NCBI GenBank assembly: GCA_026023565.1
Contig: JAPETS010000048.1
Span: forward strand, 62,001-126,000
Direction of reading: 5' to 3'
Length of the DNA: 64,000 nucleotides
DNA from: Cirrosporium novae-zelandiae
Lineage: Eukaryota
This document shows positions 54,501 to 64,000 of this stretch, piece by piece. Under the pieces are notes generated by a model. That model was not told where the DNA came from. It saw only the letters and a list, made by a program, of their open reading frames with translations, and made no database searches. Position 1 is the stretch's first letter, and the number at the start of each line of letters is the position of its first letter. A program made the position numbers and the translations under genes.

Positions 54501-55620
54501 TTATAAAATTAATCCAAAAGCGTAGAAGTATAGATCCCCAACAGGGATGATATCTCGGACACGTTTGTCGAAGGCGGTTTTTGCAATGGTTACCCAAACC
54601 CATATTTCAAATATCATGGCAGCTTCTTCGATAATGAGAATAACTCCGATCCCGCTATCCGAAGATGCGAATACATTCCAAATGATGTCGCATGTAGCCA
54701 AAGCAGTAGTAGTCACGACACAATGAGAGTCTCCAATGACGTGGTTGTATAAGTTTTCCCAGTAACGTACAAATCCTTTCTTGTCCGCATGGCGTAGGTC
54801 TGGAATAATGCCGGGTGAGCATTCATGTGCTCGACAAAAATTCGTGCTAAATTAGGGTTCTTGAGTACTCCCGCGCGAGCTGATTGTCTGCATGTTTCAC
54901 GGTGCGGAAATGCGTTATATTCAACCAAAAATTCGGAAATCTTGAATATCGAGGGTTCGTAGTTCAGGACACCCGAGACCGTGATCGATTAACGTCGCCA
55001 CAAAATCTTAATCAGGACTGATATTTGCTGGCGGATCGAATTCCGGAACGCTTGGATGGAATTTTCTACCAAAGTCTATCCCCAAAATCGATAGGCGTCG
55101 AAGATTGAGTTGTTGCTTTCCGACTTCGTCTCTGGCTCGGTTCTGGTATTCTATATCATTAGCATCCCATTGAAGGCTGAGGCGCCTTACGTCGATAACG
55201 GCGTGCATAATGAATGTCGAACCTATAATTTTTGCTGAGACATCAGTTCCTGTGGGGTCGAACTGGGATTGTACATCCTCTGTTTGTTTGAGGAAAGTTT
55301 GCGTAGCTATTGGAGCATTTTCAAGACTATAAATGAACCTTGGTTCATTTTCAAAAAATTACGAAGGATAAGATATTAATACTTACTCTTTCTCTTTAAA
55401 TGCCTCTTCTAATGCTTCTATTAGGAAGTATAGACAGAAGACGCAAAAGTGGAGAATTTGTTCGTGCCGTAGAACCTCAAGGAAACGGAAGTCTGATTCG
55501 AGTTAGACGGTTCCAGATAGGAGCGCTGTTGGTGATCCCATGCTTGGTCGATAGTCGCCGTATCACCCATAGTCCTGAGATCGAGATCGGTGAGATTGAT
55601 ACATTCGGTCCTGGTCCAAA
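54501..55620 (-). pseudogene. Degraded coding relic with LRR/F-box-associated-like segments
   Basis: Collinear minus-strand fragments separated by stops or shifts (CINLTDLDL, LNLRRLSILGI, GCPELRTLDIQDF) and a GTAAGT donor near 55385. Confidence 0.35.
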
Positions 55621-55965
55621 ATAATCTGTCTCAACTGGGATCTACCCTAGACTCCTGCTAAGAATATATATCTTTCCAATGCATTGGTTATTCTATAGAT
55701 ATAAAGAAAACAGCTGCAAGAGCATTCAAGTGTAAAGAATAGTAATTAGGTAAAGAAACTTAATAAAGAAGGGTTAGTAGCTGACGAGATCTAGGTGGAC
55801 GAAAAGGTTTTTCAGATCGTTTGAGTCGGTATATCGACCCCGAGCTAGCAGTATGAGGCGGGAACGATATGTTATAAAAAGAGGCCATAGCAATGCAATT
55901 CTATATGAATGCTTTTGGTGGAGATAGAATTGCGACTTCGGGGGTTTTTGATTAATTGGTATTTA

Positions 55966-58282
55966 TTAAGTACTGCCATATGTAGGGGGCCAGCTGGTGA
56001 GCTTTGATGAAACAAAGGAGTAGTCTCGCATGTTGACAGGAATCACATATTCATGCCACCCGGAGCGTCCCTGTTGCTGACATATTGCAATACCAAGAAA
56101 TATTTGAGTCGCTTTATATTCTTGGACGTTGGTATACTGACCATAGCAAAAATTGGCTCTCACGGACTTTTTAACCTCTGCTATGTTTTCCTTCGGTTCA
56201 ATATTTGCTAGCAGTGGGTTTGTCGAAAGAAAACACTGAAACGGTATTAGCTAACGCAAGCCACTCTAGCTCTGCTTTACAGATCCATCCGCAACGCGAA
56301 GCTAGGTGTGGAATTTTGTCTTGGTTTGCACCCTCCTATCAAATTCTTTGGCTCCTTGGCAGGTAGCCAGTTTGGCTAGAATACTGGAGAAAATTCTCAC
56401 TAGTCTCTTCTGGTATCCTATTTAGTTTGGTGATAGTTTGTATTTATAAAGCCAACAGGTCATGGTGAAAGGTCTGTTTGCAAGTGATTAGGATAGGTTT
56501 GTTCTTGTAAAGTTCGACTTGATTTTCCTGGCTACTAGGAAAAGATTTTAAGATCGTATAGGGGCATAAATTCCTTAAGTAACAAAGAGTAGAAAAGCAA
56601 TGGCAAAATTACACATGTAAAAGATGATGGAAGTATAATATACATTTGGCTGATATAGTAATTTTTCCCGCGCTTTCATTGTTGGAAGGAGCTGACTAAA
56701 GGTCTTCTAATTCCTCAGTTGCATGTCCATGAAAATAGCTGAAGGTTCCAGATGAAAGGTTCTAAAATTAGGACAACCTCATGTCAGTAACTTCATTTGT
56801 CCTTGTGGAATGAAGCTGCTACAAAAAAGCAATATGACATTTTAATATCGAGTATGGTTCTCTACTGGAATGTTCAAGTGGTCTGCACTATCGCGGCAGC
56901 ACCGTTATAGAGTCCTATCATTGTTTCTTATAAGCTTCTCGGAAGATATAACTTTACCTAGAATTATCGACGCTCTATGGGTTAAATTTAGATACGTAAA
57001 ATACTTCGTCTGTACGGCATTACCGGAGCCTCTGGAATTCTGCCTATCATCGGTGCAAGCATCATGGGTATCGTTGGACCCTAGCCATCTTCGTTTGACT
57101 ATTTTGCCATCAAGATCTTGCAAGATTTCAATTGCTTTGCCGGTTGTCAAGTAATTATTAGCTCTATTCCGTAGGATAGTTTCTTGTTAGTTACGGTTAA
57201 TTTTCGTTACCGTAAAAGTTTCTATGGTCGGTCCAAGAAAAAGATAGTATGCACTTCGAATCGTTTAAGACCATGACCCCTTCTGAGTACTCAGGAAGGC
57301 TAATGTTGCAATCATAATAATAGTGTAGTAGTCTGAATAGCTTTGGTAATCAAAGCTCAATGCAGTCAAACTATTTTCGTGGCGACATGCTTCGCTAAGA
57401 TGTTGATACAAATTAGAGACAATAGGATATCGAGCCGTATGTAAAAATCTGCCGAGTTCAACGTCATTAACCTATGCCCCTGGGAGTAGACAATACACTC
57501 TAGTTGCAAATATAAGCATGTTCATTTGCCTCTAAGCATGGAGACTTTTAAGGGGTATTCCTTGGGTGATTAAGTTAAACAGTCTCGGTTCCAAGAAATA
57601 TCAAGAAGAGTCCACCTTTTCAAATATCCATCCCGTTTAGTGTATATAGTACTACCAGCCAAAGGCCTACCTGAAATAACGAGAGGTAAGACCTGTATCG
57701 TTTAATGCTGGTAGTGGCGACTGGCGTGAGGATTTAATGAGTTTAGTGGTAATGCCCAATTAGCGGGAAAGGGTTGTCATTATTGTTATGATCGGAAAGA
57801 GCTGTTTTGTCAGAAGCTTCAGCTTTGGGATTTTTAGTATGATCAAATTGCTTCTTGAAGTGAGATGTGAAGCTGGGCCTTTCAACTCCAATTGTAGTAC
57901 CTCATGCTCGAAGCCATTAAAACTAGTCTCTTCTTCCAACTGATATTAACTTAGTAGGCCTTTGAAAGCACTTTGATACTTTGAATAGCATAACGGTATT
58001 CTTGGTTAATATTTCATCATTTTATTAAATGCCTGGCTAGTCTCGGTTGTTTTACCAAGCAAGACAATATTATTAGTAGTTAGTAGTAGACCGCAAGAGG
58101 ACAATCAGAGGATCCAGTAGGACAACAAGAGAAGGATTCCTTTCGTGATGATCCAATTCCTGAACAATGTTTTCGAGTAATTTCTTTCTTTCGCCAATGT
58201 TTGGGGATATTCCATCTGCTTTATTTTTGAGTCTTGTAAAGAAGTTAGTTTTCTGTCTAACTCTTTGAAATTGTCCCTCCAA
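55966..58282 (-). pseudogene. Possible heavily degraded coding relic of unknown family
   Basis: Several short collinear minus-strand ORFs with protein-like composition (55966-56163, 56905-57150, 58073-58282); no diagnostic motif. Confidence 0.25.
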
Positions 58283-59692
58283 ATTTCTTGGCTAGTGCCA
58301 AGTAGTCATCATGATGACCAAACGCTAGATAGAAGAAACAACGATTAAGAACATGAAGAGGACTTAAAACTATCTCCAAGAGCCGATTGAAGAATCCAGG
58401 AAGAAGAAACAAACGCAGCAATCTAAAATTTGTTCTTTACGGAAGGTGTATCGCAGGCAGGATGCTCGGCTTGCGCAACATGACTACACACCAAATCTAG
58501 GACAAGATCACATCGTTAATACCCCCCGTCAGTATGGGTCCTCTGCATAATGGTGGCAAAGATAGGCAAACTTTAGAAGCCCATGGAATGAATACACCTA
58601 TGCGGTAGATTTTCTGGAGGCCGAGTGATCGAGGAAGGCCGTAATTCAGCCTTTCCCGTTATGTAAATAACTTAATCCTCCGCCCTGGAATAAGAAGATT
58701 ATAAATAGCGGGGACATTAGTGTGGGTACAATAGATTTGAAAAGCTGTCATTTTAGAAAGTTTCCGCAAGAAGACTTTAAAATCAATTGAAAGACAGCTT
58801 CTACGTCTTGGTATGAATTCGTTAAGCGAGACTTAATCGCTGGTAGTATATACCTAGGTATATACGAAGATTGTATGTGATCATTAGGATCTCGTTTAGT
58901 AGTGTGTTGACTTTGAGTATTAGTTATTATAGAATATTTATTAGATCATTCGTTCATATGTTTTGAACTTCCTTCAACACAGTGTATAGAAATTTCATGT
59001 CAACCGAAAACAGTTACCAATGTAGCAAACTAGTTTAGGAATAGAGATTAATATAATTATCGAGGTGTTGGGTCACTGGAGAGTTGAATATATTGAGGGA
59101 ACCATGTAAGAGAAGGAATGCATATCCACGATAAAAGTTCATTCGGTATATATCTATAAGCCAGAGAAAAAATCCAAAGGGGATGATGATAGGATGATGA
59201 ACAAGAAAGAAACAGGAAGAGGGGAGCATAAGATCCTTAAATATTCAATTCTAGAAGCTGGAGTGAAGTGAAGCAGAGATTAATGAATAATAGGGAAATA
59301 AATCACTTATTAAGAATTTCAAGGTATGCAGAAAGATTCACTTGGCCAGTGACGAGGCTGACGAATCCCTTCTCTCGACGTCATCGCCTTTGAAGGAAAT
59401 ATTGGCATGAGTGAAGTAGGAAGCTCAACCATAAAATTGGCAGGACAAGCTAATCGCAGAGAAGGTGTCGATGGAGGTGTTGAGGAGACGAAATATTTCT
59501 CCTTACACTTGTGATTTGGCGTTCTTCTATTGATAGAAATTTGGCTTCATCCTTGATCACCAATGACCACTCATCGGATAAACACCACGAATTCTCAACC
59601 ATATTATCAAGGCTCCTTATATTGTTGCTGACTCTCCATTTATACCTCTTATGGCGCAGGGACAGAATATTAGAGTTCGATCAAGGGATTTG

Positions 59693-61314
59693 TCATGTGG
59701 CCTTTCTAGATAACCTGAAAGCATTTCTCAAGCTGCCAGTCCTGCTCAGCGACAATGCTTGCAGATTAAGTCTAATAGCCGCTGTTGATGAATGCGTTGA
59801 TGCTTTGGAAGGAACAGAGCCTTTCGATGAGGTCGAGGCTTCCGGAGATTCAGGGACCTTTGAAGGTGTCGAAGATACCATGGATTTATAGCCATCGTCA
59901 TTAGGCTTAAACAACAACGATTCCATAGACGGATCTGCAATGAAGCTTTTTATATCAAAAGGTATGAAAGTAGGAAGCCGAGGAGTACTCTCTTGAATTG
60001 ACAGAAGTGTACTCTTCATCTTCCTTAATGCAGCTCGGATGACGATTCGGGAGCTGAATGAGTATCCCTCATAATCAGGAACAGCCCACTGAGAATATAG
60101 CCTACCGTGGGAACTTTGAAGGTAATATACCCCTTGATATCTCATAAACATTTCACAGAGGAAGCAAGAAGCTTTACTGGTTCCAATGACTCGAGGACGG
60201 AGGTCGGGGGGATGAAGTTCCAATTCTGCAAAAAGCTCCATCTCAGCATGTACCAGTCGGTCTTTGCCACGAAGACGTTCACTTTGAGGAAGATGGAGCT
60301 GAAGGCGGACACGCGAAAACTGATGTCGTGGTAATAGTTTGAGACCTTGGCATAGATCGATACACACCCCCAAATATCGTGATAACTTCTCTAGTTCTCT
60401 GACAGATCTTTCTGGCACAGATTCATCCATATCACCCTTTTCTATAAGTGCCTCGCTAAGTGTTCTGCGTCCCATACACGAAGTCGCGGCGTGCGCTTGC
60501 CTCAAGAGCTGATCTAAAAACATTCTCTCTTCCTCAAGATCTTTAGGACTCCTTAACTTCACAAAGGAATTATATATATCTAGCGTATGGGATTCGAGGT
60601 GAAAGTATGTATCGCAATGTTCCTCCTCGTGCTGCTTGCAGGTCTTTCTTACATATTCCCAAAGTCTAGAAATGAAAGGCTGACGTCGTAATGATGGATG
60701 CAGCGGCCCGTTTCCTTTCGCCGTTCCCAATCTCCATAGTATTCGCTCGTAATGAAGATCGATCACAAGAGGAAAGATCTGGTTTGCGCATTGTAGAGGC
60801 TCCGAATCTACCAAAACACATCAACTCCACTGCCCACCAAGGATTGGTAGCTTTATCCAGTTTAGGTACCTGGGCGCAGCGCTATTTCCAATTGTGCTAT
60901 AATCTTCCGCATGGTTTCCTCTACATGCTCTTTGAACCTCGCATTTGAAGCCGCCTTCACAACCAATGTCTTCTCGGAGCTCCTCTCTTCAATCGCAACA
61001 GCAGCCATATTTTCGACGCCGGCATGCGTTGATACAGCTAATAAGAAAGCGAGGTCCGTAGCTAGCCGTCTCTCCAAAGAAAAGCTTAGAGTTCTTTCTC
61101 CGCTATAATCATGGTTCCCTCTTCGCTTCCATTCCCAATGATGAAAGGTCTTCTCGGGCGCAAGGTGGCGGTTTTGTCTCTCCAGGGAATCGACAACCTT
61201 GTAAAAAGAGCGATCGTCATCGACACCGCGCCAGATGGAGGTTTGTGCTGGTAATCCACAACAGGAGCACTCTCTTCTCAAAGGGGCCTGTAATGGTGCC
61301 ATGGGAGATAGCAT
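59693..61314 (-). CDS. OTT_1508-like nucleic acid/nucleotide deaminase (CDA superfamily)
   Basis: Exon 1 61314-60870, intron 60869-60808 (GTACCT..TAG), exon 2 60807-59693; 519 aa. Zinc-deaminase signature VHAEMEL..IGTSKASCFLC..SHGRLYSQW; N-terminal RTLS..E..LA.DLAFL..AAVAIEE. Confidence 0.8.
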
Positions 61315-61872
61315 TGATGTACTTCACTTGAGAATAATCATGGCTAGACATGATGACAGTCATTTAAAGATTGAGAATGCGCAATTTGGCCTGAACGATG
61401 ACATTTCTTTTTCTCCAATGATTACGTAGATCGATATGCACCTTAATATGTACCTCGCATATATCCAATAAGAAACATATCTAGGTTGCAACAATACTGC
61501 GGGGTCTACGCATATCGCAAAGTATAAATATCAATATTTCACTCTCAAGCTCTTGGATAGGCTGTGTCATGATGTTAACAAGAACGTGACACAGGTTTTA
61601 CTTTCTAAGCTGACCAATTCCATTCTGAACATAGGCCGCAACCAGACTAAATGGAAAGTTTTATATGTTTCGACTAGTCATCTAGGGTCTACATAATCTG
61701 CTATGTACCTAGGTCTTATTTCTAATATTGTAGCTTCGAGTATCTACGCAGTCCCATAAAATCATGGCCCAGATATAGATAACCGTGAATCAAGCCCATG
61801 CAACCAATATCCCATCTCACATGAAAACATTCCATGATGCTGCAAAACTTTTCAATAATCGAGGCCAGTTGA

Positions 61873-64000
61873 CTATCCTGTGGTATTGGAAGTATCAGGC
61901 TCATCTCTCGCATTTATAAACGGCTGCACCTCCTTGGTCTTTACATCCTCCAATTTTGAGAAAGCGGCATCTTCTTTCTCGATTGCTTCCTCTTCCATTT
62001 TTGGTACTAGAGATACGCCCCCTTCTTCCTTGTCATCTTCGACAAACACCTCCTTTGCAGCTGCAGCGACACCGTTTTGGGGGTCGATAGGTTCAATTTC
62101 AGGTTCTGGTTTCAAAACCTCGGTTTTACCGTTAGGTGTAACTGCCTCATGCTCTTCATTCTTAGCTGCTGTGCCGCGGTTGTGGTTGTGGCTCAGAGTT
62201 TCGTTAACAAGAGGGGTCTCGTCATTGAAGAGACGAAGTAGCATGGCTTTGCGCTCCTCCTTCGGAAGCATGAGATTGAAAGAATAGAGACTACGCCAGA
62301 GAGGAAGGACCATGCGTTCCCTAGAGAAAAGGTGTTAGTATTCTTAATACATTCAAGTCGCTTGTAAGAGGGATATACTTGAATCCTTTCTCATCATCGC
62401 TTTGCTCAACCCTTAGTACACAGCATCCCATCTCGATATCTCTTGCTCTTTCTCCAATTTCTCCCAACTCCATCCAGCCATTACCATTGATTTTTGGAAA
62501 CATCTCCACTAGCAGCTTCTTGAGCGTTGGCCGTTTATACAGTCGCACAACTCTACCCTCTCCAATCCATGCCTCCAGTATGGGAAGACCGTCTGTTTGA
62601 ATTCTCCAAGGACATACACCTTCTTTCTGGACCTCTTGTTTGACAAACATCTTGACACCACAATGCACAAATTTCATGCCTGAACCTTCGTTTTTGACAA
62701 GAATGTCCCGTGCCAATGTTGAGGTATAATAGATAGTTTTTGCAGGTTTGCCATCAGAGTTTCGGACCATGAAACGGTCACGAGGGAAACGGGGGGAAAC
62801 TTTATAGAAATCATAGATGAGTTGAAGTTGCTCGTGGTTTGGATCTAAGTATTTGAATGGTTCTTCAAACTGTTGTCCACCGTTTTTCTTCTTTTGTGGT
62901 AAAGATGGAAGATTGGCATCGGACGTATCAGGCTTTAATTCTAACTGAGTAGGCTGTGGAGGCGAATGAATTAGTTGTTTTGCTGCTGGTGTTTTGTCAG
63001 GGTCTTCCGCTAATTTTAGTCGTTTGGTAGCAGTTTCGGCATCAACTTCCTCTTCTTCAAGCTTACGTTTTGCAGATGCAGTATCATCATTTGGTTGATT
63101 TTCTCTGTCGTCTGTGGCAGTCGTTGGAAGAGGCCTAGTCTCTTCGTTGTGCAATTCGAGGATCTTGGCGTTATCTAGAGATTCAATCTTCTTGACTGAG
63201 TCGACAACTGAGTCAGTTGATCTAACCTCAATTTCTTCTACAGCACTAGCAATTGGTGGCTTGGGTTGTACTTTCTTCGACGTTTGTTCAGGCTTTGCCT
63301 TGATCTCAGATTTTTTTTCCAAGACACAGATAAAGAAGCCACCGGTATCTTGCAAGTGAGGATACACTCGCATAGCGCGCTCCAGATGAATGGTTTCAGC
63401 ATCTCCAGGAGGGAACATTCCTTCAGCAAGTCTACCAAGACCGTCGATACCTTCTTTTTCCTTATGCTCTTCAACATCTTTCCACGAATCCCATATTCTC
63501 CCTTGCTTGTCCATAACCTTCCAGCTTGTAAGGCCTGGTCGTCGTTTCAGTCCAGGAAGAGCTTCACTGCAATCGATGACGGAAACATTGTCGAGTCCTC
63601 CACATCGATATATTGCGCTAGCAACAACGGCTTCGTTCTCAATTGGGTTCATACTACAGGTGGAGTAAACCACCCTTCCACCGACCTTGAGCATTTGCAA
63701 TGCCCGTACAAGGATTCTTTGCTGGGTAATATAGAGGCCAAGACCATTTCCAGGATTCCAATCCTTCCAGACATTTGAATTTTTCCTCGCAGTTCCATCC
63801 CCGGAGCACGGCACATCCGCTAATATCCTATCAAACTTGAGATAGTGCTTCCTTTTGTCACCGGTGGGTTCTGGTATTCTAATGGAGGGATAAAGGGTGG
63901 CATCATGATTAGTAACAATCACATTAGGTGAATTAAGACGTTTCATCTGATGAATGAGTAGGTGCGCCCGTTTATAATCGGCATCGTTGGCAATTAATAA
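61873..64000 (-). CDS. NCL1: tRNA (cytosine-5)-methyltransferase Ncl1/Trm4 (NSUN2); 5' end lies outside the window
   Basis: Motif IV FDRILADVPCSGDGT, motif VI YSTCSMNP.ENE, and PHLQDTGGFF; intron 62378-62321. Confidence 0.93.

Noticed and set aside
1..64000. Transposons, tRNA or rRNA genes
   Set aside because: No transposase or RT motifs, LTR/TIR pairs or cloverleaf/rRNA sequence recognised by eye; tRNAscan and Infernal were not run.

Overview
Filamentous ascomycete (Pezizomycotina-like) genomic DNA with short GT-AG introns. Bases 1-25 kb hold a compact housekeeping block: a UBC-variant (Fts/AKTIP-like) gene, a CAP20/perilipin-like gene, a ~2380-aa repeat-containing coiled-coil protein, RPL27, MAD1, EXO5, a DUF3445 protein, ALG9 and NAF1. 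Bases 26-46 kb hold a divergent sugar transporter / intracellular GH3 beta-glucosidase pair and a divergent Zn2Cys6 TF / D-2-hydroxyacid dehydrogenase pair. Between these pairs lies an ~8-kb head-to-head pair of pseudogenes. One of them can be reconstructed across 7 in-frame stops and 3 frameshifts as an NLR-like gene: N-terminal domain, NACHT, ankyrin repeats, an HDQG/SWTWFE domain, and a GH18 glycoside hydrolase. A SUR7/PalI gene and a secreted PI-PLC-like gene follow, then ~8 kb of gene-poor DNA with coding relics, an OTT_1508-like deaminase gene, and the 3' part of NCL1/TRM4. Exon structures were derived by eye from splice signals and frame continuity. Family assignments come from recognised motifs; no database searches were run.
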